From: Candidatus Woesebacteria bacterium GW2011_GWB1_33_38
GTDB lineage: Bacteria > Patescibacteriota > Microgenomatia > UBA8517
Assembly (NCBI GenBank): GCA_000990005.1
Contig: LBPF01000001.1
Coordinates: 26,315 to 90,314 of the forward strand
Length of the DNA stretch: 64,000 nucleotides
Direction of reading: 5' to 3'
Of this stretch, positions 54,463-63,859 are shown one piece after another. Position 1 is the first letter of the stretch, and each line of letters begins with the position of its first letter. The position numbers and the translations under genes were made by a program. The notes beneath the pieces are model-generated. The model saw nothing but the letters and a program-made list of their open reading frames with translations, did not search any database and was not told where the DNA came from.

Positions 54463-55583
54463 CACGTTTTATAGCAATAGTTTTAACAATTGGGATAATC
54501 TTAAGAATTATATTGTCTCTTGCGACATATCATTCTGATGTTATCCCATTTGATTTTGCTGGGAAAGTAATTTTAGAAGGTAATATCACAAACTTTTACG
54601 ATTATCTTTGGGACCTTCCTGAAGATCACCCGTATTTAAAAGTATATCCGAGAAACTTATTTAACTATCCACCACTTCCTTATTTCTTTTTAGGGGGAGC
54701 GTCGCTTTTAACAACTTGGATGGTAGACCAAAATGTTCATAATAATTTTATATTAGATTTTTCAAAAACCCTAGGCAGTCCCCAGCTTAATTTACTGTTA
54801 TTTTTAATGAAACTTCCATACTTTTTCTTTGATATAGCATTAGCTTTTGTATTGATGGGATTATTTAAAACAGAGAAAGAAAAAAAATGGGCATTTGCAC
54901 TTAGTGCTGTTTTGTTAGGTCTTGGTGCAGGTTTTAAAATATTTCCACTGTTATTTATAATTCCTTTGGTCTTAGTTAAAACTGATTGGTGGGAAAGATT
55001 TAAAATATTATTTACATCGGGGATTACTTATTTGGTGTTTTCATTTCCGTTTATTTTATCAGAAGGTTTTAGAAGAACTGCAATGCTGGCTGGCCAAACA
55101 ACAAAAAGCTTTTACGCGCAAATACCAATTTCAGGTGGTGAATCAGTAATTCTTTTTCTTGTTGCAACTATTTTTATATATTTAATATTTCTTTACCATA
55201 AGACTTACATTGAGTCTTTGTGGCAAAATTTATTTATTATTATATTAACATTTTTCATCTTTACCCATTTTCACCCACAGTGGTTTTTGTGGACAATGCC
55301 ATTTTTTGTGCTGGATTTAGTTTATACAAAGTTTAAACACTGGCCGTTGTTTGTTGGTTTACTAATGACATATGTGGGAATGATTAGTTTTTTTGATTCA
55401 GGTCTGTCTGTTGGTCTTTTTTCAGCAGTTAATCCTGCGCTTTATAATTTGCCAGGTTTTTGGAAAATGATGGGAACAAGTCTTGATATTAATATGGCAA
55501 GAAGTTTATTGCATAGTGTTTTTGTTGGAATTTCGGCCTATTATATATATTACTATTTCCCAAGAAAAGAAAATGAACCTTAG
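54459..55583 (+). CDS. Polytopic membrane protein, paralog family D (DUF2029/GT87-like?)
   Basis: It has about 10 TM helices and a first-loop motif (HSDVIPFDFAGK). It is homologous to the next gene. Confidence 0.5.
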   Translation: MTRFIAIVLTIGIILRIILSLATYHSDVIPFDFAGKVILEGNITNFYDYLWDLPEDHPYLKVYPRNLFNYPPLPYFFLGGASLLTTWMVDQNVHNNFILDFSKTLGSPQLNLLLFLMKLPYFFFDIALAFVLMGLFKTEKEKKWAFALSAVLLGLGAGFKIFPLLFIIPLVLVKTDWWERFKILFTSGITYLVFSFPFILSEGFRRTAMLAGQTTKSFYAQIPISGGESVILFLVATIFIYLIFLYHKTYIESLWQNLFIIILTFFIFTHFHPQWFLWTMPFFVLDLVYTKFKHWPLFVGLLMTYVGMISFFDSGLSVGLFSAVNPALYNLPGFWKMMGTSLDINMARSLLHSVFVGISAYYIYYYFPRKENEP

Positions 55584-56775
55584 AAAATTATTAGTATTAG
55601 CTGTTGCGCTAAGATTACTTGTTTCTGGATTGTTGTTTCATCCAGATATAAAGACAATAGCTTTTCAAACCTCATTTTTTAAACAAGGTGTTGTTAACAT
55701 TTACCCATATTTAATAAATAATAGGGCAAGTTTATCGTTGAAAGAAGAATTTGTATATTTCCCTTTAACTTATTTTACTCTTGGTAGCTACCAAGCCATA
55801 ATTTCAACTGTTTTGGGAAACAATTTTACAAAATGGCTGTCTGATGCTGGTGCAAATTCTGTGGTTAATAATCCTAATATAATTCTTTATTTAATATTTT
55901 TAAAACTTCCATTATTGATTGCCGATTTAGCAATCGCATTTATACTGCTTAAACTTTTTAAAGACAAAAAAGAAGGGGAACAGGCATTTGCTTTGTGGTT
56001 ATTTAATCCTTTTACAATAGTTTTGATTTATACCTTTTCTAATATTGATCTTTTTGCAGTACTTCTTACATTAATTGCATTTTTATATATTAAAAGAGAA
56101 AAGTTACTGACAGCTGCAATTTTTATTGGCCTTGCTGTATCGTTTAAACTTTATGCGCTTCTTTTTGTACCGTTCTTGATACTTAAGGCAAAAAATACAA
56201 AAGAAAAGATATTGTCTGTAGTTATTCCAATATCAATATTTTTATTTACAATAATTCCATTTTGGTCACAGGCTTTTACAAGCTCAGCGCTTCTTTCTGG
56301 ACTCTCAACGCGACTATTTGGACCAAGTTTTACAATTGGTTTTGGCGAATCAATTGTAATGGGACTATTCTTGATGACCGCATTATTCTTTACAGGTTAT
56401 GTTTTTGACAAGAAGGTCCATTTATTTAATTACTTAGTCAGTTTACTTTTAATTATCTTTTCGTTTTCTCACTTTCATATATCGTGGTTACTTTGGATTG
56501 CACCATTTCTGATTATTTTAGTAGTTAAAAAACCAATTCTGTCGATACCTATATTTTTCTGGGCAATTTTTGCAATAAGTATTCCTTTATTTTATTCAGA
56601 TCGCTCAATGACAATCTCACTATTTAGAATTTATACAACTTGGTACGACATGTTACCAACTCCATTTTTAGCTATACAGAAATTTTACGACCCCTTTATT
56701 TTCCAAAGCATGTTGCACTCTGTTTTAGCAGGAATATCATTAGTAATTGCTTACAAAATAAATAAAAATGACTAA
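55573..56775 (+). CDS. Polytopic membrane protein, paralog family D copy 2
   Basis: The ATG at 55573 follows the upstream stop. The N-terminal loop (FHPDIKTIAFQTSFFKQG) and overall architecture match the gene at 54459. Confidence 0.5.
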   Translation: MNLRKLLVLAVALRLLVSGLLFHPDIKTIAFQTSFFKQGVVNIYPYLINNRASLSLKEEFVYFPLTYFTLGSYQAIISTVLGNNFTKWLSDAGANSVVNNPNIILYLIFLKLPLLIADLAIAFILLKLFKDKKEGEQAFALWLFNPFTIVLIYTFSNIDLFAVLLTLIAFLYIKREKLLTAAIFIGLAVSFKLYALLFVPFLILKAKNTKEKILSVVIPISIFLFTIIPFWSQAFTSSALLSGLSTRLFGPSFTIGFGESIVMGLFLMTALFFTGYVFDKKVHLFNYLVSLLLIIFSFSHFHISWLLWIAPFLIILVVKKPILSIPIFFWAIFAISIPLFYSDRSMTISLFRIYTTWYDMLPTPFLAIQKFYDPFIFQSMLHSVLAGISLVIAYKINKND

Positions 56776-57340
56776 ATTTACTGTCATATCAATATTAGCT
56801 TTAATATTTGTGTTACCTATTCTAATGTTACTTCCAATTAAAATGGTTCCTAGTGGAGATCAGCCAGGGTATGGAGATATGGGTAGAGTTTCTATATATG
56901 GTACCAGAACTTTTACTCAAGAATTTATCTCTAAGAATAATAATTTAATGGCTGTGGGTACAACAATTAAAAACCCAAATTTAAAAAATAAAAAGAATAT
57001 TAATTTTAGCTTGTATGATGAAAAGAATAATTTAATAAGAGAAGTTATGCTAAATGGTTTTAATGTTGGAGATGGCGACTTTGTGAAAATTGTTTTTGAT
57101 CCACTTTCTGATTCAAAAAATAAAAAGTTTAAGTTTATAATTTCTTCACCAACAGCAGGGGAAGAAGAAATAATAGAGTTATTTTTAATTACTCCAACTG
57201 ATTCAGTTCTTAACTATAATTACGGCGAAGAAACAAAAGAAGGTGGAATTCCAATGGTTACATTTCACAAATCAGAGGGCGTTCTTACGAATGTAAAAAC
57301 AATCTATTCTAATATCTTTTCCAAATGGCGAATAAAGTAA
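56768..57340 (+). CDS. Hypothetical exported/membrane-anchored protein
   Basis: It has an N-terminal TM or signal sequence. No family is recognised. Confidence 0.4.
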   Translation: MTKFTVISILALIFVLPILMLLPIKMVPSGDQPGYGDMGRVSIYGTRTFTQEFISKNNNLMAVGTTIKNPNLKNKKNINFSLYDEKNNLIREVMLNGFNVGDGDFVKIVFDPLSDSKNKKFKFIISSPTAGEEEIIELFLITPTDSVLNYNYGEETKEGGIPMVTFHKSEGVLTNVKTIYSNIFSKWRIK

Positions 57341-58332
57341 CTCAAAAATCTAAGTTTATTCTTTATACATCCACAAATGGTGATGTTAAGCTTGATGTTT
57401 ATGTCCAAAATGAAACTTTATGGCTAACTCAAAAAATGATAGCTCAGTTGTTCAGTGTGGAAGTTCCCGCCATTAGTAAACATCTAGCCAATATTTTTGA
57501 AAGTGGCGAATTGAATGAAAAGTCAGTTATTTCCATTTTGGAAACAACTGCAAATGATAATAAAATATACAAAACGAGATTTTACAATCTCGATGCAATT
57601 ATTGCTGTTGGTTATAGAGTTAATTCGCAACGAGCTACTCAATTTCGCATTTGGGCTACCCAGATACTCCGAGAATATATTATTAAAGGATTTGTGTTAA
57701 ATGATAACCGACTTAAACAAGGGTCGAAAGTTTTTGGACAAGATTACTTCAGAGATTTATTAGAAAGGGTTCGTTCGATTCGTGCCAGTGAACGTAGAAT
57801 TTATCAACAAATAACTGATATTTTTGCTGAATGTAGTGTTGATTATAATCCACAGTCTCAAATAACTAAAGTTTTTTTTGCAAGCATTCAAAATAAATTT
57901 CACTATGCAATTACTGGTCACACAGCTGCGGAGTTAATAAGTGATCGATCGGATCATAAAATGCCTTATATGGGACTTACTACTTGGAAAAACGCTCCAG
58001 ATGGCAGAATATTATCATTAGATGTAGTAATTGCCAAAAATTATTTGTCTGAAAAACAAATTAAAAGACTCGAACGTTCGATCTCTGGCTTTTTTGATTA
58101 TATTGAGAATTTAATTGAAAACCAGCAGACTTTTGACATGATAGAGTTTGCTGAAAGTGTTAATAATTTTTTAACTTTTAATAAATACAATGTTTTAAAA
58201 GGTAAAGGAAGAGTTTCAAAGGAAAAAGCCGACAAGAAAGCATTAGAAGAATATGAAGAATTTAATAAAACTCAGCCAATCGAATCCGACTTTGACAAAG
58301 TTATTAAAAGGTTGATTAAAGAAGGAGGATAA
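57325..58332 (+). CDS. RhuM-family (virulence-associated, DNA-binding/Fic-DOC-associated) protein
   Basis: The N-terminal block resembles the RhuM signature: DVKLDVYVQNETLWLTQKMIAQLF...ISKHLANIFESGEL...YNLDAIIAVGYRVNSQRATQFRIWATQILREYIIKGF. Confidence 0.65.
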   Translation: MANKVTQKSKFILYTSTNGDVKLDVYVQNETLWLTQKMIAQLFSVEVPAISKHLANIFESGELNEKSVISILETTANDNKIYKTRFYNLDAIIAVGYRVNSQRATQFRIWATQILREYIIKGFVLNDNRLKQGSKVFGQDYFRDLLERVRSIRASERRIYQQITDIFAECSVDYNPQSQITKVFFASIQNKFHYAITGHTAAELISDRSDHKMPYMGLTTWKNAPDGRILSLDVVIAKNYLSEKQIKRLERSISGFFDYIENLIENQQTFDMIEFAESVNNFLTFNKYNVLKGKGRVSKEKADKKALEEYEEFNKTQPIESDFDKVIKRLIKEGG

Positions 58333-58333
58333 A

Positions 58334-60160
58334 TTATATTTTCCAAATTATGACCTCTGAATTTTCAAAAAATTTTGATAGACCAAGTAATTCTGGATTG
58401 ACTTTCGGTGCAACTACTTTAGGGTAATAAAGAATACTGGCATTGGTAGACTTTAGAGCCTCACTAATCTTGGTAGCATCTAAGTTGTCAAAAATTATCT
58501 TCTTTGTTTCAAGACGTGATTTATAATCATAACCCATGATATCTACTTGCTCGTAATCGTCAAAGTATGTTCTTCTTGAAGTTAGTGCAGAAACATACGA
58601 TGTATCAAACCAGTCCCAAATATCAGGAACTGGTTTTTTTAAATTCAGATACTCGTTATAAGGTGGAGTTAATATAACATCATTTATACTAGTATTCTCT
58701 TTTATAAAATTAAGAGCATCTAGTTCTGCCTTACTAACTTTAGTAAATGGTTGTCTTAGGTGATTTTCAGAGATGTAAAATTCCTTAAACAACTTTACTT
58801 GTGTTGGAATCATTAGAGCGAAAATAACAGGAAACAGAAAATAAGAAAAAGTCTTAGGAATTTTTGAAATCGCAATTCCTGATAGTATTCCAAATAATAA
58901 AATAAAGTATTGTAGAAATTGTGCAGTATTACTGGCAACACCTTTTTGAAGAAATAATAATGGTAATACCAATGATAAAACTATTGATACTTTAAATATT
59001 GTATTAGTTCTTATGAATTCCCATAGGCCCAAAAATCTCATTCCAAGATTTCCGAAAAAGAAAATCAAAAAGCCCATTCCTTCAAGCCAAATAACTCTTT
59101 TTAAGTTATGCTCGTAAATATATGTTTGGCGTCTTAACTCCCAATCCAGCAGGTTTAGTCTTGACGGTTCAACAATCATGGTTCGTATATACCACCATGG
59201 TTCATAAATTAAAAATGATCCAGAGTTTGATGAATTAGGTAAATATAAAGCCAAGGCAATAATTCCGCTAAACAATGTAAGTATGAATAATCTGAGGTCT
59301 TTCTTAAATATTAAATTCCAAGTACCAATTAAACCTAAAGTTAATAAAATAATTACTCCAGCATAAATTTTGAATGCAGAAATTGTCCCAAGTAAAATAA
59401 GTGAGATAAAAAAGTATAATTTTTGTTTTGACTTGTCACTATTTTGTAAAAATGTTAAGACAAAATAAATAGCAGTTAAAAATAAAAAGTTAGAAACTAT
59501 TTGTGGTGGGTTGCCACTTGAGCTTTGTATTTGAGTTGCCCAAAAAACACTTTCTCCTTTACCTATTAAATATCCAAAACTTCCTGCAAAATATGTAAAA
59601 ATTACAGCCCAAATTGGTGCGTTTGAGTTTGTTGTAATTTTTTTAGTTAAGAAATAGACTGAAATACCTAACCAGAAGGAATAAATAGCAGGGAATATTC
59701 TGAAGTAGAGATTCAAATCTGAAATTCCGGTATATTTACTTATCATTGCTGGCAAAATATCAGAGAAGAAGTGATAATTGGTTAGTTTAGTTTCTGAAAA
59801 GATTGGGTTTTGGAAAAGCCAGCCCTTCTTAATCTCTTCCATTAGAGCCATATGCCATGTTCCATCGTGGCCATGAGCGCTCCAAAAGATTAAATCACCA
59901 TTTTGGTAGATCCCGCTTGGAGCAATAACTGCTAGTTGGCCAATAATTCCGATCAAAAATACCAAAAGAACTATAAATGTTTGAAGATTCCAGACTATTT
60001 TTACATTTTTAATATGGGAGTAAAAACGTTTAAATCCCCAGATACATAAAAAAACAACAATTGGTATGATTATATAAGGAATATTTAGTACAATTAAGAT
60101 ATATGATAGGAAGGTTAATAGGGCGAATACAAAAATTGATCCCATCAGTAAAGTTTCCAT
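58334..60160 (-). CDS. Polytopic membrane protein, paralog family B (second copy, inverted orientation)
   Basis: The GHDGTWH loop motif and the C-terminal soluble domain are homologous to the gene at 40259-41914. It is the only minus-strand gene in the 25-64 kb block. Confidence 0.55.
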   Translation of the reverse strand: METLLMGSIFVFALLTFLSYILIVLNIPYIIIPIVVFLCIWGFKRFYSHIKNVKIVWNLQTFIVLLVFLIGIIGQLAVIAPSGIYQNGDLIFWSAHGHDGTWHMALMEEIKKGWLFQNPIFSETKLTNYHFFSDILPAMISKYTGISDLNLYFRIFPAIYSFWLGISVYFLTKKITTNSNAPIWAVIFTYFAGSFGYLIGKGESVFWATQIQSSSGNPPQIVSNFLFLTAIYFVLTFLQNSDKSKQKLYFFISLILLGTISAFKIYAGVIILLTLGLIGTWNLIFKKDLRLFILTLFSGIIALALYLPNSSNSGSFLIYEPWWYIRTMIVEPSRLNLLDWELRRQTYIYEHNLKRVIWLEGMGFLIFFFGNLGMRFLGLWEFIRTNTIFKVSIVLSLVLPLLFLQKGVASNTAQFLQYFILLFGILSGIAISKIPKTFSYFLFPVIFALMIPTQVKLFKEFYISENHLRQPFTKVSKAELDALNFIKENTSINDVILTPPYNEYLNLKKPVPDIWDWFDTSYVSALTSRRTYFDDYEQVDIMGYDYKSRLETKKIIFDNLDATKISEALKSTNASILYYPKVVAPKVNPELLGLSKFFENSEVIIWKI

Positions 60161-61572
60161 TACTTACAAATTATATACTAATTGCCATACTTCTATTAGG
60201 CTTTGCAATTCGAGCCTATAAGATAAATTCAATGCCCTTGTATGGGGATGAACTTACCATTGTTTATGATTCATACTCGCTTCTTTTGACAGGAAAAGAT
60301 CAAACAGGCGAAGCCTTCCCTCTAACATTTAAAATGGGTGTAGGTAGGCCTGCTGGATATGTCTATGGCAGTGTACCTTTTGTAGCCATCTTTGGGCCCA
60401 GTGTTTGGGGGGTAAGGGGATTATCTTTTGTATCGGGTCTTGGAATTATTGTTTTAATGTACTTCCTGGGTAAAAAGTTATTCAGTGAAAAGGTCGGACT
60501 TATTGCAAGTTTTTTAACTGCCATATCTATGTGGGATATATATCTCTCCCGAGCAGGATTTGAGGCTCATTTTGCGTTATTTCTTGCTCTTTTTGGGGTA
60601 GTTATGTTTTTATATAAAAAGTATATTCCCATGGCTCTTGGCATTGGTCTGGCTATTTTTACCTATCCAACATTTAAATTAACTCTGCCATTACTGCTTT
60701 TAATTTTAGTCATATATACTAATTTTAAAGAAATAATTAAAAGCAAATTATTTATAATCGCCTTAATTATTTTGACATTATTCGCAGCTTTATCTATTAG
60801 AGAAACATTAAAAGGCGTTTCAGAAGAAAGATTTTTAAGATTAAATGTTTTATCTGATTCTAATTTGAGAGAAGAGATTACTCAAAAGATAAATGAAGAA
60901 AGAACATTATCAACCTTACCTAAAATTATTAAGCCGTTGGTTTATAACAAGCCTTTAAAGTATGTAAGAGTGTTATTTGAAGGTTATATGGAAAACCTCT
61001 CACCCGAATTTCTTTTTTTAAGAGGGGATAGAAATCCAAGGCATAATCCTGGCGAGTGGGGAATGTTATACATAATTGAATTACTAGTTTTACTTTTTGG
61101 TTTATATCAGCTTAAAAAGAATAGTCCAAAAGACTTATATTTATTATTAACTTGGATATTAATAGTTCCCCTGGCTACAATGTTTTTGGGACAAACTCAT
61201 GCTCTTCGTAATAATTTAATGATTCCACCATTTATATTAATTTCTGCTTACGCGCTAGATTGCGTTTCGAAGAAAATGCGATTTATTATATTTACCATGA
61301 TGTGTGTTCAACTTATTGCAGTGCTTGTAACTATTTATTATTATGCACCAAATAAGTTTGGTAGTTTCTGGTCGCTTGAGGCCAAAAATGCATCACTAAA
61401 AGCAATAAAAGAAAGTCAAGATCACGAGATTATGCTATCAACTGATATAGACAATATTGAATACGCCTATCCAGTTTATGCTAAGGTTGACCCAAGACTT
61501 GTAATATCACAATATCAAAAATGGCCAAAAATATATGGCAATGTAACAATTACTGATCAAAATGAAAAGTAA
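60103..61572 (+). CDS. GT-C-fold membrane glycosyltransferase (ArnT-like), paralog family E
   Basis: The first-loop motif is IRAYKINSMPLYGDELTIVYDSYSL. The ATG at 60103 would overlap the 5' end of the divergent minus-strand gene by 58 nt, so the true start may be downstream or non-ATG. Confidence 0.5.
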   Translation: MIGRLIGRIQKLIPSVKFPLLTNYILIAILLLGFAIRAYKINSMPLYGDELTIVYDSYSLLLTGKDQTGEAFPLTFKMGVGRPAGYVYGSVPFVAIFGPSVWGVRGLSFVSGLGIIVLMYFLGKKLFSEKVGLIASFLTAISMWDIYLSRAGFEAHFALFLALFGVVMFLYKKYIPMALGIGLAIFTYPTFKLTLPLLLLILVIYTNFKEIIKSKLFIIALIILTLFAALSIRETLKGVSEERFLRLNVLSDSNLREEITQKINEERTLSTLPKIIKPLVYNKPLKYVRVLFEGYMENLSPEFLFLRGDRNPRHNPGEWGMLYIIELLVLLFGLYQLKKNSPKDLYLLLTWILIVPLATMFLGQTHALRNNLMIPPFILISAYALDCVSKKMRFIIFTMMCVQLIAVLVTIYYYAPNKFGSFWSLEAKNASLKAIKESQDHEIMLSTDIDNIEYAYPVYAKVDPRLVISQYQKWPKIYGNVTITDQNEK

Positions 61573-63196
61573 ATTAATATTAATATTAGCCCTCGCATTT
61601 TTTTTAAGATTTTACAAAATTACTTCAATTCCTCCATCCTTAAATTGGGATGAGACCTCAATTGCTTATAATGCATATTCAATTTTAAAGACGGGGAGAG
61701 ATGAATGGGGACAGTTTATGCCTGTTCACTTTAAATCATTTGGAGAGTATAAACTACCTGCTCAAATATATGCATCAATTCCGGGAGTTGCCATCTTTGG
61801 ACTAAACGAGTTTGGGGTTCGCATCACCCCTGTTGTTTATGGAACTTTAACAATATTTCTTTTATATCTTTTAGCGCAGGAACTGTACAGAAAAAGATAT
61901 ATTTCTTTAATTTCGGCATTTCTTTTAGCTGTTTCTCCTTGGCACATTCAACTTACTCGCGCTTCATTTGAATCATCATTCTCTTTATTTTGGTTTTTGC
62001 TGGCCTTACTGTTTTTAGTTAAAGGTTTAAAAGAAAAAAAATGGATTATTGTTTCAATGGTTCCGTTTGTAATTTCGGTCTATACTTACAACACAGCAAG
62101 AATTTTTACACCATTGTTCTTGTTTGTTTTTTATCTATTAAATTTTAATTTTTTCTTGAAGAATCTTAAATATTTAGCATTTAGCTTTTTAGCATTTATA
62201 TTTTTAACTTCGCCCATTATACCTTTTGTTCTTTCGGGAGATGCCTCTGCACGCTATAAGTTAGTTAGTATTACAAATGATAAAGGACTAATCCCTAGAA
62301 TTGAAGAAAGAAGAAATTTATCAAAATTATCACCTATTTTTACAAAATTAATTCATAACAGATATACATATAACACATATTATTTTAGTCAAAACTATCT
62401 TGCCCACTTTAGTCCAAGTTTTTTATTTCTTAAAGGTGCTGGTCATCACCAACATCATGTTCAAGGTGTTGGTGAGCTATATTGGTTCCAAGCCCCATTT
62501 TTATTGTTTGGTATTTTTGTACTGTTAAAAAAGAAAGATCTTAGTTTAAAAATATTACTGCCATGGTTACTGTTATCGTTTGTGCCTGTTTCTATGACCA
62601 ATGATAGTATTCCCAATGCACTTCGCACCTTAATTGCTGCCCCTGTTTATCAGATTTTTACTGCAGTTGGTATATATGAATTCATACAAAAGACTAAAGA
62701 CCAAAGACTAAAGACTGCAATAATCGCGACAACAGTTGCTCTATTTATAATTAACTTTTGTATATTTGCAACTAATCTCTATACCCTATACCCTATACGC
62801 TATTCTCGAGACTGGCAATATGGGAACAAACAGGTTGTTGAATATATAAAGGATCATATGGATGAGTACAGTTTAATTGTTTTTACAAGACACTATGGAG
62901 AACCACACATTTTTACACTTTTCTATTTAAAATATGATCCAGCCAGATTTCAGAACAGTTATAATTTAGAGAGGTTTGAAACTTTTGATTGGGTAAGAGT
63001 ACTAAGATTTGATAGATTTTATTTTCCTGACCTAGGGGATGAAGGTACAAAATATCAAGATGTCATTAAGGCAAATAAAGGCAAAAAAATATTATTTATT
63101 GGAAAACCTGGTGATTTCCCACCTGAGGCCAAAATACTTGAAAAAATTTATTTCCTAAACGGTGAACCAGCATTCGAAATAACAAATAATCTATGA
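61562..63196 (+). CDS. GT-C-fold membrane glycosyltransferase (ArnT-like), paralog family E
   Basis: The first-loop motif is LRFYKITSIPPSLNWDETSIAYNAYSI. It contains the heptamer repeat at 62771-62805. Confidence 0.6.
   Translation: MKSKLILILALAFFLRFYKITSIPPSLNWDETSIAYNAYSILKTGRDEWGQFMPVHFKSFGEYKLPAQIYASIPGVAIFGLNEFGVRITPVVYGTLTIFLLYLLAQELYRKRYISLISAFLLAVSPWHIQLTRASFESSFSLFWFLLALLFLVKGLKEKKWIIVSMVPFVISVYTYNTARIFTPLFLFVFYLLNFNFFLKNLKYLAFSFLAFIFLTSPIIPFVLSGDASARYKLVSITNDKGLIPRIEERRNLSKLSPIFTKLIHNRYTYNTYYFSQNYLAHFSPSFLFLKGAGHHQHHVQGVGELYWFQAPFLLFGIFVLLKKKDLSLKILLPWLLLSFVPVSMTNDSIPNALRTLIAAPVYQIFTAVGIYEFIQKTKDQRLKTAIIATTVALFIINFCIFATNLYTLYPIRYSRDWQYGNKQVVEYIKDHMDEYSLIVFTRHYGEPHIFTLFYLKYDPARFQNSYNLERFETFDWVRVLRFDRFYFPDLGDEGTKYQDVIKANKGKKILFIGKPGDFPPEAKILEKIYFLNGEPAFEITNNL
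62771..62805 (+). repeat. Degenerate heptanucleotide tandem repeat ACTAATC TCTATAC CCTATAC CCTATAC GCTATTC
   Basis: It lies in-frame and encodes TNLYTLYPIRYS. Confidence 0.75.
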
Positions 63197-63852
63197 AAAT
63201 ATATAATAAATTATTTTTAGCATCGTTTACTGCATATGTAGTCGATGATCTAGTTAAATTTATTAACATATTACCGAAAAAGGTTTCTATTGCTTTTATT
63301 TCGACCGCAGCTGATCCATATCAAGACAAATGGTTTGTCGAAAAAGATAAAGAAGCCTTACTAAATAAAGGATTTAAAATAACCGATGTTGATATTAAGA
63401 ATAAAAAAGAAAAAGTGTTATATAAATTGCTTGTAAATTTTGATTTGATATTTGTATCTGGTGGAAATGCATTTTATTTATTAGAAAAGTCTCTAGAAAG
63501 CGGTTTTGATAAAGTAATTAAAAAATTGTTGCGAAAAGGTTTGATTTATGTTGGGAGTAGTGCAGGATCAGCAATAGTTGGTCCATCGTTGGAAGCGGTA
63601 ATAACTTTAGATGATCCAAAACTAGGACCGAATCTAAAGAACTATAACGGATTTGGTATTGTAGATTTTACAATACTGCCTCATTATGGTGATCCGAAGT
63701 ACGAAGGTCGATATAAGAAGATTGTTGGCGATTTTACCAATTCTAAATATAAAGTTATTCCACTTACAAATCAACAAGCAATTCAAGTAGTAGGCGATGA
63801 TTACAAAATTATAGAGTCAAAGCAAACAAGTACTGCTGTACTAGTACAATGA
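63193..63852 (+). CDS. Peptidase S51 (dipeptidase E-like / class I glutamine-amidotransferase-like)
   Basis: The motifs FVSGGNAFYLL and GSSAGS are present, and the size is PepE-like. Confidence 0.6.
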   Translation: MKIYNKLFLASFTAYVVDDLVKFINILPKKVSIAFISTAADPYQDKWFVEKDKEALLNKGFKITDVDIKNKKEKVLYKLLVNFDLIFVSGGNAFYLLEKSLESGFDKVIKKLLRKGLIYVGSSAGSAIVGPSLEAVITLDDPKLGPNLKNYNGFGIVDFTILPHYGDPKYEGRYKKIVGDFTNSKYKVIPLTNQQAIQVVGDDYKIIESKQTSTAVLVQ

Positions 63853-63856
63853 TACA
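63837..63856. promoter_or_regulatory. Half-degenerate type-B palindrome (tgTGTACTAGTACAaTGATACA) overlapping the pepE-like stop codon
   Basis: The right half is identical to the 32233-32258 palindrome except for one base, and the left half is degenerate. It lies 4 nt upstream of the next GT-C gene. Confidence 0.4.
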
Positions 63857-63859
63857 AAT

